This document shows positions 29,122 to 40,200 of a DNA stretch of 64,000 bases, one piece after another. The translations under genes and the position numbers were made by a program. Under the pieces are notes generated by a model that worked only from the letters and a program-made list of their open reading frames with translations, was not told the origin of the DNA and ran no database searches. This DNA is from Abditibacterium sp. GTDB lineage: Bacteria > Armatimonadota > Abditibacteriia > Abditibacteriales > Abditibacteriaceae. The DNA is taken from NCBI GenBank assembly GCA_965246885.1, contig OZ251992.1, positions 64,001 through 128,000 on the forward strand, in the 5' to 3' direction. The first letter of the stretch is position 1. The number at the start of each line of letters is the position of its first letter.

Positions 29122-30357
29122 ATGGCGACACGGCAAGAAATCGCGCACTCCAAAGCGGGCCTATCGGACGAACTCCGGGGCCACCGCGACGGCGGTTTGG
29201 CGCCGGGCGCGCCGCTCCCGTCGGTGCGCGAGTTGGCCGCGCGGCACGGCTTGTCCAAGCGCGCCGTCAACGACGAACTGCAACGTTTGGCCGACGCCGG
29301 GGTGCTTTACACCGTCCCGCGCGTGGGCACCTTCATCGCCTCACCAAAACAAGGCGCACCCGGCCCGACCAGCGATACCGTCGCCCTCTTGTCGGTTGCG
29401 CCCCTGCGAAGCGGCTCGAACGCGCGGGCGGACGGCTGGACGCACGCCATCGAAGACGGCGCCGCTAGCGCCATCCACGCCGGAGGGCAGCACGTGTTGT
29501 CCTTGCAACGCGACGGTTTTCTCGATGAAGTCGTCGGGCCGGGCGCGGTCGAACGCTTGGCCGCGCGCAACCTGAGCGGACTGGTCATCTCCGACATGAT
29601 CGGCGAGGAAGACCACCTGCATCGCCTCTTGACCGGCTTCGCCAAGATACGGGTTCCCGTCGTGGCCATCGGGGGACACGCGGCGTTTAAGGGCTGCGAC
29701 CGCGCCGTGTCCGACCACGAAGCGGGCGCTTACGCGCTCACGCGCTGGCTGTTAGGGCGCGGCAGAACGCGCATCGCCCAAGTCTGGAGTGCCCCCGCGA
29801 GCGGCTACTGGTTCCCGGCGCGCATGGCCGGATACGCGCGGGCCATGCGCGAGGCCGGGTTGGAAGCCGCCGCCCCGCTCATCGTGCCCGTGCGCGGACA
29901 CGCCGACCGCGCGCAGTTCGAGAGCGCCGCCGCGCAGTTCGAGAGCGCGCTCCGGGAAGGGGGCGCGGGTGTGGATGCCCTGCTCGTGGACACCGATGGT
30001 CACGTCCCATTCGTCGCGGCGGCGCTCCGGCGCATGGGAAGCGAGCCAAACCGCGACGTGCTGCTGGCGGGCTACGACAACTACTGGCAAATGATGGACG
30101 CGGGCGACTTAGAGCGCACCTTGCCGGTCGTGACCGTAGACAAAGGCAACTGGCAGTTGGGCGAAACCGCCGTCGCGCTCCTGTGGGAGCGCCTCGCCGG
30201 AGCCTTGCCCCGCGCGCCGCAAACCCGCGCCGTCGCGCCGCACTTAGTGGAAGTCGAAGCGCAACGCGCGCACCTCTGGCGCCACGCGCTACTGACCGTC
30301 GGGCCACCCACAATAGCCCACAATCAAGCAGGAGTTCCCGTCGCGCAAGCGGCGTAA
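29122..30357 (+). CDS. GntR-HTH / LacI-type sugar-sensing transcriptional regulator
   Basis: PGAPLPSVRELAARHGLSKRAV...VPRVGTFI HTH; SDHEAGAY, LLGRGRTRIA and DVLLAGYDN sensor-domain motifs. Confidence 0.88.
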   Translation: MATRQEIAHSKAGLSDELRGHRDGGLAPGAPLPSVRELAARHGLSKRAVNDELQRLADAGVLYTVPRVGTFIASPKQGAPGPTSDTVALLSVAPLRSGSNARADGWTHAIEDGAASAIHAGGQHVLSLQRDGFLDEVVGPGAVERLAARNLSGLVISDMIGEEDHLHRLLTGFAKIRVPVVAIGGHAAFKGCDRAVSDHEAGAYALTRWLLGRGRTRIAQVWSAPASGYWFPARMAGYARAMREAGLEAAAPLIVPVRGHADRAQFESAAAQFESALREGGAGVDALLVDTDGHVPFVAAALRRMGSEPNRDVLLAGYDNYWQMMDAGDLERTLPVVTVDKGNWQLGETAVALLWERLAGALPRAPQTRAVAPHLVEVEAQRAHLWRHALLTVGPPTIAHNQAGVPVAQAA

Positions 30358-30411
30358 ACTTAGTGTCGGGGTTCCGATACAACCGCCGGAAGTTCCGGTA
30401 AGAACAACACC

Positions 30412-31188
30412 ATGAATCACAAACTTCGCTTCGAGACAATGGGCAAGAAGGGGTCTGCATTTACCCTTATAGAATTATTGGTAGTCATCGCTATCATCGC
30501 CATCCTTGCTGCTATCTTATTCCCGGCCTTTGCCCGCGCCCGCGAAAACGCCCGCCGCGCCTCGTGCCAGAGCAACCTCAAGCAAATCGGACTGGGCTTC
30601 GCCCAGTATACGCAGGACTACGACGAGACCTACCCGCTCAGCAGAACGGGACAACTCAACGTTCCGTCCAACAGACACGACGCATGGTGGGACGTGTTGC
30701 AGCCCTACCTGAAAAGCACGCAAATCTTCCAGTGCCCCAGCGACCCCAACAACGCGGGAATGCCCAACGACAATTTCAAGTCCCAAACCGCCGCGCCGTT
30801 GGAGCGCCCGAACATTTGGTCGAGCTACGTCGGCAACGTTTATATGCTCGCCATCGACAACAACCCGTTGGCCATCGCAAGTGTCGCCAGCACCGCCACG
30901 ACCATCATCGTTTCCGATGGCGCGACTCAAATCAACGCCACCGCGCCCTTCGTTACTCCCACCTCGCCTGCTAAAACCGTCCAATGCCCTTGGCTCGTCG
31001 CCGACCCCGGCAATGCCACCCAGTTGGGCTTTATGGACAGCGGCGACAACAACTGGGGCGGCCCCAGCGTGCGCCACTTGGAAACGGGCAACGTCCTGTT
31101 TGCCGATGGCCACGTCAAGGCGCTGCGCGCCGAGAAGTGGTTCTACGCCAACACCCCTTGGCTCGACCCGACTAAGGGCGGTAGCTAA
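30412..31188 (+). CDS. DUF1559 prepilin-type / H-X9-DG protein
   Basis: [23 protein letters not shown]...SCQSNLKQ...CPSD...[14 protein letters not shown]. Confidence 0.92.
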   Translation: MNHKLRFETMGKKGSAFTLIELLVVIAIIAILAAILFPAFARARENARRASCQSNLKQIGLGFAQYTQDYDETYPLSRTGQLNVPSNRHDAWWDVLQPYLKSTQIFQCPSDPNNAGMPNDNFKSQTAAPLERPNIWSSYVGNVYMLAIDNNPLAIASVASTATTIIVSDGATQINATAPFVTPTSPAKTVQCPWLVADPGNATQLGFMDSGDNNWGGPSVRHLETGNVLFADGHVKALRAEKWFYANTPWLDPTKGGS

Positions 31189-31302
31189 GGCGAAGCGCCT
31201 TTCGGAAGTGGTGCGGCCCGAACAGGAGCCGCGCCCTCCCTTCCGAAGAGTTCTTGCCGCCGCCTCGACCTCAAAGCGGCGGCACTATTTACAGGAGGAA
31301 TC

Positions 31303-32058
31303 ATGTCGGCTTTGCACAGTGGAAACGGGCGTTTGGGTTTCACGTTGCTGGAATTGCTCATCGTCATTGCCATCATCGCCTTGCTCGCGGCGATTCTGTT
31401 CCCGGCCTTTGCTCCGGCGCGCGAAAACGCGCGGCGGGCGGCTTGCCAATCAAACCTCAAGCAGTTGGGCTTGGGCTTCGCGCAATACACGCAGGACTAC
31501 GACGAGCGCTTGCCCGGTTACGTCGTTAGCCACACTGATGGGAGCCAATCGTGGAAGCGCGTGCTTTTTCCCTACGTCAAGTCAACGCAAGTCTATAGTT
31601 GCCCGTCCAACAAGTTCGGCCAAAGTCCGTCGGGCGACAGTCCGCCCTACGTTACAATCCCCACCGGTCAGCCCGTCTTCGATGTTTCCTACCTCGCCAA
31701 CGCTTCGGTGCCGGGCGCTGGAGGCACCACACCGATGCGCTCCGCCGACCTCGCCGTCAATATCGCGGCCATCACCAACTCTTCCTCCACCATTCTCCTC
31801 ACCGAAGGCACATGGGGCGGCTGCGACATTTCGTTCAACTACTCGCCCTTTGTTTTCGCCGACCAAGTTGTGACGCAGCACAGCGAGTTTCGCGGCCACA
31901 ATGGGCGCGTCAATTTCCTGTTCGCCGATGGCCATGTCAAGTCGCTCAAACCCACCGCGACGGCTTCGCCCGTCAATATGTGGACAATAGACGGCGCGGG
32001 CGCGAGCGATCCCACCTTGACCGCGCTGATGGCTAAATGGGAGGAGTTCCTGCGCTAA
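31303..32058 (+). CDS. DUF1559 prepilin-type / H-X9-DG protein
   Basis: [23 protein letters not shown]...ACQSNLKQ...CPS...[22 protein letters not shown]. Confidence 0.92.
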   Translation: MSALHSGNGRLGFTLLELLIVIAIIALLAAILFPAFAPARENARRAACQSNLKQLGLGFAQYTQDYDERLPGYVVSHTDGSQSWKRVLFPYVKSTQVYSCPSNKFGQSPSGDSPPYVTIPTGQPVFDVSYLANASVPGAGGTTPMRSADLAVNIAAITNSSSTILLTEGTWGGCDISFNYSPFVFADQVVTQHSEFRGHNGRVNFLFADGHVKSLKPTATASPVNMWTIDGAGASDPTLTALMAKWEEFLR

Positions 32059-32074
32059 TCTGCTCTATCCACAA

Positions 32075-32204
32075 ACGTCCGCCGCGCGACGGGGGGAGGA
32101 ATTCGTCCCATGATTTCCTCCCCGCACGCCATAAACTCCTCCCCGCGTCCCATGATTACCTCCCCGCACGGGATGATTTCCTCCCCCCGTCGCGCGGCGG
32201 ACGT
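32075..32204. repeat. 21-bp tandem array C enclosed by a perfect 27-bp inverted repeat
   Basis: Arms at 32075-32101 and 32178-32204; units cccatgatttcctccccgcac / gccataaactcctccccgcgt / cccatgattacctccccgcac / gggatgatttcctccccccgt. Confidence 0.88.
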
Positions 32205-32337
32205 CCCTGACGGGACGACGGACGGAATTATCCTCGCGCGGGGAGGCGCGCAAGGCGCGATTTCCACCGCCCTTCGCCTGAACTTCGCGCCCCTTGAAAT
32301 AGTCTCAGCAAGCAAAGAAAGAAACTTCTCTGTTTGC

Positions 32338-32367
32338 TGTTAGAAACCCTGCCATTTTTGGCAGACT
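32338..32367 (+). promoter_or_regulatory. Promoter-like motif TGTTAGAA-N16-CAGACT, copy 3
   Basis: TGTTAGAA accctgccatttttgg CAGACT upstream of the third tandem DUF1559 gene. Confidence 0.6.
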
Positions 32368-32451
32368 ACACCTGTATCCACTTGAAGGCCCTCGATTCCC
32401 GTCGCTTCCGCATAGGGAAGATAAAGGCAACCCATCAAGCTCTCAATCATC

Positions 32452-33195
32452 ATGAAATACATCGTTTTAACCGATACCCGGAAAGCCGTTAAGGGATTCA
32501 CCCTTATAGAATTGTTGGTAGTTATTGCTATCATCGCCATCCTTGCCGCCATCTTGTTCCCGGCTTTCGCCCGCGCAAGAGAAAATGCCCGCCGCGCTTC
32601 TTGCCAATCCAACCTGAAACAAATCGGCTTGGGCTTTGTGCAATATGTGCAGGACTACGACGAGAAGTACCCGCCGTTTGGCCCCGCCTCCTACGCCGAG
32701 CCGAACGTTTGGACGGAGACGCAGCCCTACATCAAGAGCGCGCAGGTCTTGGTGTGCCCTTCGGACTCGACCACGACGAACTACCCGACCTTGAAGCTCA
32801 GCACCATCTCGTATTTCCCAAATTACTTGGTAACGGGGCAAGCTTGCGACTTCAGCACTAATGCCTCATGCGCCACCACCGTTGGCTACTACCCGATATC
32901 GCTCAGCACTATTGTTAACAGCGCTCAGACCCTGCTGGTCGCCGAGAATCGTGCGAATGACAACCCACGCTCTATGGAGGCGGGTAACGTAGATTCCTAC
33001 TACTTCAACCAAGCCACTTACGGGACTTCTTACGCTCTTGGGCCGTATCGCCACTTCGACGGCGCCAACTACCTCATGTGCGACGGCCACGTCAAATGGC
33101 TCCGCCCCAGCGCCGTCAGCAGTGGTGGCCCGACGACCAATTACGCTGGTACCGCTGTTTCCGGCAAAGCCATCTGGATGGATCCGACCAAATAA
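32452..33195 (+). CDS. DUF1559 prepilin-type / H-X9-DG protein
   Basis: [23 protein letters not shown]...SCQSNLKQ...CPSD...[14 protein letters not shown]. Confidence 0.92.
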   Translation: MKYIVLTDTRKAVKGFTLIELLVVIAIIAILAAILFPAFARARENARRASCQSNLKQIGLGFVQYVQDYDEKYPPFGPASYAEPNVWTETQPYIKSAQVLVCPSDSTTTNYPTLKLSTISYFPNYLVTGQACDFSTNASCATTVGYYPISLSTIVNSAQTLLVAENRANDNPRSMEAGNVDSYYFNQATYGTSYALGPYRHFDGANYLMCDGHVKWLRPSAVSSGGPTTNYAGTAVSGKAIWMDPTK

Positions 33196-33243
33196 TCGGG
33201 ATTGAGCAACGCCTGTCCACAGGGGTTGGCCCGCACGCAGCAC

Positions 33244-33283
33244 AAAGTGGTCTCGCTTCCTCCGAAGTGGGGCCGCTTTTTTT
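33244..33283 (+). terminator. G-U-rich hairpin plus U tract after the DUF1559 gene
   Basis: AAAGTGGTCTCGCTTC-loop-GAAGTGGGGCCGCTTT TTTT; the stem closes fully only with G-U pairs on the plus strand. Confidence 0.65.
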
Positions 33284-33361
33284 GGGCGGTGTGTATATTT
33301 CTGCGCAAGCGATAAAACAGCGCGCCCCTTCGGGCGCACGGGAGTGTCCAAGCCAACGACC

Positions 33362-34108
33362 ATGTTTTTAACGCAACAGGATGTTTTGAATTACGAGCGC
33401 GACGGGTTCGTGCTGGTGCCGGACGTGTTTTCCGGGCGCGAAGTGGAACTGATGATCCGCGAAATCGAGGGCGGCGCGCGCGTGCGTGAGACGCGGCACG
33501 ATATGGCCGACGCTTCCGGCAAGAAGGCGGGGCTGGCCATTTGGAACGATTTGGGCGACGATTTGTGGGCGGCGGCTTCGACGCATCCACGCATCGTCAA
33601 CTCTGTGCGCATCCTTATGGGCGAGGAGATCGCCTTCTTTCACGGCAAGGTCATGCTCAAGGAAGCCAACAGTGGTGGCGCGTGGGAGTGGCACCAAGAC
33701 TACGGCTACTGGTATAACGAGGGCTTCCTGTTTCCGCGCATGCTCAGCGCCTTTGTCGCCGTTGACCGCGCGACCAAGGAGAACGGCTGCTTGCAGGTGC
33801 TTCGCGGCAGCCACAAGCTGGGGCGCCTCAATCACGGTCAGGTCGGCAACCAAGCCGGGGCGGACGCGAAGCGCATCGAGGAGTTGGAGCGCCGCTTGGA
33901 GCGCTTGCACGTCGAAATGGCGCCCGGCTCCGTCTTGTTCTTCGATTGCAACCTGCTCCACACCTCGGCCTCCAACAACAGCCCACACCCGCGCCGCTCC
34001 TTTATCGTGTGCTACAACGCCCTCGCTAACCCGTGTCTGAGCGGTCATCACCGCTTCGAGACGCCCTGCCCGGTCGCGTCCGATGACGCCATTTTGAAGT
34101 TCGCGTAA
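33362..34108 (+). CDS. Phytanoyl-CoA dioxygenase (PhyH/EctD-like) Fe(II)/2OG dioxygenase
   Basis: WHQDYGYW, ENGCLQVLRGSHK, LLHTS.SN.S..PRR. Confidence 0.88.
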   Translation: MFLTQQDVLNYERDGFVLVPDVFSGREVELMIREIEGGARVRETRHDMADASGKKAGLAIWNDLGDDLWAAASTHPRIVNSVRILMGEEIAFFHGKVMLKEANSGGAWEWHQDYGYWYNEGFLFPRMLSAFVAVDRATKENGCLQVLRGSHKLGRLNHGQVGNQAGADAKRIEELERRLERLHVEMAPGSVLFFDCNLLHTSASNNSPHPRRSFIVCYNALANPCLSGHHRFETPCPVASDDAILKFA

Positions 34109-34126
34109 CCCCCCGCCCCTTGTTCC

Positions 34127-37100
34127 ATGCATAAACTCTTGCTCCCCGCGCTGGGCACCGCCCTGCTGTGCCCTTTTGCCGTTGCTGACCCGCTCCCCCC
34201 CGTCGGGCAGTGGGACGGCGTCACCTCATCCGCCAAGTTGGATGTTCCCTACGAAAACCCCATGCAAGTCGGGCCGCCCTTTGGCATCGTGTCGTTTTTC
34301 AACCACCCTTGGCGCTATTATATGGACACGTGGCCCGCGACGCGCTTCCTCGAAACCCCCGGCGCCAACTGGAACGTAGACCCAAAATACGCCGACTCGT
34401 TGGGGCAGATACTCGACGAAAGCGGCCTGCGCACCGTCCGCGTCGAGATCGGGTGGGGCAACATGGGCTGGGACGACGACTTGCCGCAAGACCGGAAAGC
34501 CCAAATCGCCGCGCAACTCAAGGCGCTGCAAAAGCACCACATCCGCCCGATGATTCTGCTCAACTGCCATCACGGTGGCCCCGGCCCGATGCGCCAGTTC
34601 GACGTTTCCGTCGCCGCCGACGCCAAGAAAGGCGACCGCACCCTCAAGCTGCGCCCCGAAGACACCGCCAAGATTCACGTCGGTTACACCGGCCCAATGA
34701 ACCCCGATTACATCGCCGCCGACCCGCTCATCACGAGCGTGGACGCCGATGGCACCTGCCACCTTTCGGCGGGGCTGGGCGGCGACGTCAAGGCCGGGAA
34801 GTTTTCGCTGTTTGAACTCAAGTATCGCCCCTTTCAGGGCGTGAAACTCAAGGGTGGGAGCGAAGCCGACAACGCCCGCGTCGCGGGGGAAGCGCACGCG
34901 ACGGCGGATGGTTGGGCGCGCTACGCGGCGTCGGTGGGCAAGTTCGCGCGCGAAACGCTCGGCACGCCGACCGATTCCGGCTTCGACATCGAGGTGTGGA
35001 ACGAGCAGACTTTCGGCGCCAATTTCCTCAACATCAACAACTACTACGACGAGAAGCTCGACTTTTCCGAGCCGCTTTCCTACACCAAGACGCGCGCCCT
35101 CACGCCCGATATGCGCCCCGACGCGCAGACGCAGTTCAAGTCCGAGGGCGCTTACGTGATCCTCCCGATGACCATTGACTACTTCAACGACCCGGCGAAC
35201 GGCTTCCACAATGTCAAGGTGGTGTCCGGCTTTGCCAACCAGTGGCCTTGGGATTCGGGAACGACGTTGTGGAATGGGCAGACCGGCTTTTCGCGGCACT
35301 ACTACACCGGCTACTATCAAGATGTCAAAGCGGACGGATCGCCCATCTCGCAAGTGGGCGCCGGGGCAATTGACGCGCTTGGCGGCTTCGACGGCACGCA
35401 TGACAACAAGGACTGGCACACCATCCTCCCCGGCACGAAATACATTCCGCCGCCCTTTCGCATCGGCATGCCGGAGTTCATGCACACCGGCTTCAAGACC
35501 GAGAGTTTGACGCGCGACGTGTTTCCCGACTCGCGCTTTTCGGGCATGGGCGGGCACGGGCGCTACACGCACAACGGCGACTTTCGCCCCGCCGAACTGT
35601 GGCAGACCGAGGTCAACTACGCCCGCGCGCCTTGGAGCGACGAGTTGGCCCAAGCCGCAGGCGTCAAAGAAGACGACCCGCGCTTTCTTGCCCTGATGGG
35701 ACGTATGGCGGGCAAGACGCTCTTTCGCCAGTACTTCTTCCACAACCACAAGGGCCTCACGCGCATCTACATGTTCGCGCTTTCGCCTGCGATGAACAAC
35801 TTCGGGATGTTCCCGCCCGCGTTCTACGACGCCATAGACAAAGCGGGCAACAAAATCACCCCCGCCGTGCGCGCCGCAGAACCCCCGGAATGGAAGGGGA
35901 TGACATGGATTACCCGGCAGATAGAAACCGGGAGTCAGCCCGACATCCAACCTGCGCCGCGCCCGCTCCGCGTGGACGGGATAGTCGAATACAAGCCGCG
36001 CCTCGTCTTTGCGGGCGATGGCACGCCGCGCCACCCGCACCAGTGGAACCGCGACTGGTTCGCGTTCCTGCCCTACCAACTGGCGGCGAACAAGTTCCTC
36101 ATTCCGTATTACGTCGCCACGCTCGACATGACGCACTCGTATGATGCGAAAAAGAACCCCCTCGACCCGGCGCGCTACGATATGCCCGACCAAGAGTTCG
36201 AGGTGACGATTGGCAACTGCGCGGGCAAGGGCGCCAAAGTGTCGGCGTATGACCCGCTTTCCAACGCCGCCGTCCCCGTCCAAGTCGTCTCCTCGACGCC
36301 TGCCACCCTCACCGTTCGCCTCAAAACGGTGGACTATCCGCGCGTCTTGATGGTCGAAGAGGCGAAGGTCGGGCCGCAGATACTCGACCCGAAAGTCGTG
36401 ACGGACGGCGCGGGCAAGCTGACCGTGAGTTGGAAAACCAACGTGCCCGTCAACGCCGCCAAAGTGACTTACGGCAAAGACTGGATGAACCGCTCCGCCC
36501 AAGAAATAGTGCTAAAGGGCGGCGCGAACGCTTACTCCATCAACATCCCGACCGGACAAAAGGGCATCTTGGCGGCGCGCATCAAGGTGACGACCAACGG
36601 CCTGAGCGACGTGTGGCCGCGCTGGGACGAAGACCCACAAGGTCAAGTCGTCGTTCCCGGCTCCACCAAAGACGACGTGAAAGCCGCCCCACCCGCGCCG
36701 CCCAGAGCGACGGGGACGCTGGCCGCCGTCGCGCTTACGATGCCCGCCGGAGCGAAGTTGCCGCTTCTCGAAGCTAACGCCGCGCGCGGCTATCGCTTCC
36801 GTCTGCCGGAAGGCGCTGTCTTGACGGGCGTCCCCGATGACCGCGAGGGCGCCCTCGGCCAAGGCGCGAACGCCGTCCGTTTGCGCGTGCGCTACCTCCC
36901 CGGCGCGGCATCGGCGGCGAACCAATACCTGCCCGTCGCGTCGGCCATTGACGCCTCCTCGCTTATGCCCGTTACCTTGTCCGACCACACCGCCGCGACG
37001 CTTGCGACCTTCGACCTCGCCGACGCCGCGCATCCCGGCATGACCAATCTGGGCCAACGCTTCCTCCTCATCCCGACCGGCAAAGACAACGGCGACCTGC

Positions 37101-37201
37101 TTCTCCTGTCCGCGAGCGGCACGCCCCAAGCGGTCAAAGCCAACGACGCGCTTATAAAAGCCGTCTTTGCGAGCGTCACACTCGACGCACCCAAAGGCTG
37201 A
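34127..37201 (+). CDS. Large secreted protein, putative clan GH-A glycoside hydrolase
   Basis: Signal peptide; RVEIGWG, IEVWNEQ and LWQTEVN motifs. Confidence 0.6.
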   Translation: MHKLLLPALGTALLCPFAVADPLPPVGQWDGVTSSAKLDVPYENPMQVGPPFGIVSFFNHPWRYYMDTWPATRFLETPGANWNVDPKYADSLGQILDESGLRTVRVEIGWGNMGWDDDLPQDRKAQIAAQLKALQKHHIRPMILLNCHHGGPGPMRQFDVSVAADAKKGDRTLKLRPEDTAKIHVGYTGPMNPDYIAADPLITSVDADGTCHLSAGLGGDVKAGKFSLFELKYRPFQGVKLKGGSEADNARVAGEAHATADGWARYAASVGKFARETLGTPTDSGFDIEVWNEQTFGANFLNINNYYDEKLDFSEPLSYTKTRALTPDMRPDAQTQFKSEGAYVILPMTIDYFNDPANGFHNVKVVSGFANQWPWDSGTTLWNGQTGFSRHYYTGYYQDVKADGSPISQVGAGAIDALGGFDGTHDNKDWHTILPGTKYIPPPFRIGMPEFMHTGFKTESLTRDVFPDSRFSGMGGHGRYTHNGDFRPAELWQTEVNYARAPWSDELAQAAGVKEDDPRFLALMGRMAGKTLFRQYFFHNHKGLTRIYMFALSPAMNNFGMFPPAFYDAIDKAGNKITPAVRAAEPPEWKGMTWITRQIETGSQPDIQPAPRPLRVDGIVEYKPRLVFAGDGTPRHPHQWNRDWFAFLPYQLAANKFLIPYYVATLDMTHSYDAKKNPLDPARYDMPDQEFEVTIGNCAGKGAKVSAYDPLSNAAVPVQVVSSTPATLTVRLKTVDYPRVLMVEEAKVGPQILDPKVVTDGAGKLTVSWKTNVPVNAAKVTYGKDWMNRSAQEIVLKGGANAYSINIPTGQKGILAARIKVTTNGLSDVWPRWDEDPQGQVVVPGSTKDDVKAAPPAPPRATGTLAAVALTMPAGAKLPLLEANAARGYRFRLPEGAVLTGVPDDREGALGQGANAVRLRVRYLPGAASAANQYLPVASAIDASSLMPVTLSDHTAATLATFDLADAAHPGMTNLGQRFLLIPTGKDNGDLLLLSASGTPQAVKANDALIKAVFASVTLDAPKG

Positions 37202-37225
37202 GCCGCCGTTTCTATCCATCACCCA

Positions 37226-40200
37226 ATGAACTTCCACTTCTCGCGCGCTCGCAACCTCGCGCCTCTTGCCCTCCTCCTGTGGGCGGCCTCATCAGCGCAC
37301 GCGGCGGGCGCCGTGTCCGCGCTGTCCGTGCGCCAGCCCATCACCCAAGACGGCGGGCTGTATAAGACGGGCGACGAAGTGGATGTGGATTACTCGCTCC
37401 GCTCCGCCAAGCCCGTGACCGTTTCGGTCTGGAGCGCGCGCCCCGCCGGAACCGGGGCGCGCTGGTATGCCGATGCTTCCACCCTTTTGGCGCGCTTTCC
37501 CGTTGCGTCTAACAAGGCGGGTGCGCAGCATTTCACCTTCAAACTGAGTGCGCTCAAAACCCCGTCCGTTCCGCTCCCCGGCGTGCCAGAAGCGGGGCTA
37601 CCGCACTCCAATTACAAGGACAACCCCGAATGGGTGCCGGGCGCTTTGCCGGGGCGAATGGTTGTCGAAGTCGCGGCGGGCGGGGACAATGTCGTGTGGA
37701 CGCCCGCCCGCTTTCGGCCTGTGGGCCAAGTGCTGTCCGGCTCGCGCTTCATTGACGGCTTCATTCACGGCTCCACGCACGACTCGCAGGGGCACATCGT
37801 CGCGGCGGACTTCAAGAACTGGCGCGCTTCGCGCTACTCGCCCGACTTCACGCTCGAAGGCACCTTTCCCGCCACCCTCGGCGGCGGGCAGGCCAGCGTG
37901 CCCGGCGAAGCGCAGGACGCTTTCGTGGACTCGCACGACAACGCTTACGTCTTCAACGCGAGCGGCATTTATAAGTTCGACTCGCAAGGCCGCCCCGCCG
38001 GATGGAGCGACAACTCCGACTACCTCAAATACCCTTACCCCAGCGAGATCAAGAACGTGTTGGGCGTGCGCATAGACGAGAACGCCAAAGAACCCAAGCA
38101 ATACGTCTTCGGGCCGGGCGGGGGCGGCGCGGGCGCCAAGAACTACGGGCCGGACGCCGTCAAGAACCCCGGCTTCGTTTTTCGCTGGGGCGGCGCGACC
38201 ATTTATAAAGACGAGATTTACCTCGTGCGCGCCAAGCCCGACCCGCAAGTGCAGGTCTTCGACCTCGCCGGGAAGTTCGCGCGCGCCGTCTCGCTCGCGG
38301 CCTTGCCCGCCGACATTGACTACCTCGCCGCGCGCGCCACCCCCAACGGGCGGCTGTGGCTGGCGGCCTCAAACGGCAACGTCTACGGCCTCAACAACCA
38401 GAGCGGCGCCGTCGAGAAGACGGTTGCCGTCTCTACGCGCACCCTGCACGTCGGGCCGGACGGCACGCTGTACGCGCTCGAAGGCTCGCGCGTACGCCGC
38501 TTCAATGGCGAGGGCCAGCCGATTCCCTTCGGCGCCGATGTTCCCGGCACCATCGAAGCGGGGAACGCTCTCGAACTCCAGCCCGCCGCGCGCAAACTGC
38601 CCGACGGCGCACCGGGCACCACCAAGCGTATCTTCTCCGTCGTTGGCAACGCGGATGGGAGCTTTACGGCTCTCACCAACGAGGGTGACAACTACGGCGG
38701 CGGCCCCTTGCGCGCCCTGCGCTTCGCGCGCAACGGGCGCTTCTTGCCCGACACCGTCGAGGGCACCGCCCTTGCTTTGCAAAACGGCAACGTGTTCGTC
38801 GGGGCGGAAGCCGGGCAAGTCGGCGCCAGTTGGAGCAACATTGGCGACACCGCGCAAAGCGTGGCCGTGCGCGCCACCATCAAGAACCTTGACGGCGAAA
38901 CCATTGGCACGAGTGAACAAACCTACGCCGTCGCGCCGCGCTCGCTGGTCTGGCAACCGCTCTCGCTGGGCAGCATCCAAGCGCCCGGTTACTACGAGAT
39001 CAACCTCGAAGCGCGTTCCGGCGGGCGCGTGGTGTTGCAACAGCAGATGTATGGCGGGCGCGTTCCGCCGCGCGGCCACACCTTTCCGGCGTATTCGCCC
39101 TTCGGTTCCGTGCGTATGGAAGACGAGCCGGAACTGCTGCGGCGCGCGGGCGGCGGGTTGTCGCGCAACCACCAGCCCATCTACTGGGACGCCATCGAGC
39201 CAAAGCCGGGGCAGTGGAAACTCGCGGCGCCCGACACGATGAAGGTCTACCGCGACCGCTACGCCATGCCCGCGATGATCATCATGGCCTATGGCGAGCC
39301 TTGGCTGGAAGGCGGCTTCCCCAACTGCCGCATCTACCGCTACGACACTTGGTTCGACTACGCCGCGCGAGTGACCGAGCAGCACAAGAACACGGCGCTT
39401 ACGTGGCAGTTCTGGAATGAGCCGAACTTCTTCTGGCACGTTCCGGGCGAGTTCCGCTACGAACACTACGCGCAGATGCTGCAATATACCTACGCCATTG
39501 CCAAAGCGAAAGACCCCGAAACGCGCCTGATTTGCGACGGCTTCGCGGGGTCGGCGCACGACATGGGCGACCTCGCGGGTATGGGCGCGGCGGGCTGGAC
39601 GGACGGAGTGCCGATTCACTACCCCGGCGCGACCACGCTCGCCTTCGACAAGATGCCCATCAATGGGGGCGTCGAAACCAAAGCCCCGATGGTCAAAGAA
39701 CTCGCCGCCATCCGCGACAAGAGCTTCCCCGGCAAGGAGATTCTCAACACCGAAGAGGGGCTGTGGGGCTTGGAAACGCGCACCATCCGCTCCGGCCCCG
39801 AACTGCTCGCGCGCATCTACGTCTCGCAAATCGCGGCGGGCTGCGACCGCCTCACGTGGTTCGAGGCGTTTAGCCCCAACGACCCCAGTTACCTTCTGCG
39901 CGGCTTCGACGCGGGGCCATACCCGACGTATTTCGCCTACGCGACCGCTTCGCGCTTCTTGGAAAACGCGCAATACGTCGGCGCTTCGGGCGAGGGCCTC
40001 GCCCAGTCGCACGTCTTCGCCGTCGCGGGCAAACCGCTCGTCGTCGCGTGGAGCATCCAAGGCGAGCGCGACCTGACGCTGCCCGCAACCGGCGCGCTGT
40101 CCGTAACGGACTGGCAGGGCAACACCCGCCAAGTCGCGCCCAAGAGCGGGCAAGTAACGCTCCACTTGGGGCCAAGCGCGCTCTTCATCGAGGGCGTCAA

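Noticed and set aside
32110..32343. Heptad-repeat micro-ORFs over the arrays (also 21495..21737, 54936..55118, 13660-13809)
   Set aside because: Several frames on both strands are open simply because of the 21-bp GC-rich period; no clear RBS. Translation is not formally excluded.
30412..33195. Diversity-generating retroelement or shufflon acting on DUF1559 genes
   Set aside because: No reverse transcriptase or recombinase in the window, and no near-identical template/variable pair with adenine-specific mismatches.
34226..36502. Long antisense ORFs (also 832..2172, 25668..27311, 38369..40303, 42176..43951, 60278..61783)
   Set aside because: Shadow ORFs opposite well-supported genes, expected from high-GC codon bias; no recognisable motifs.
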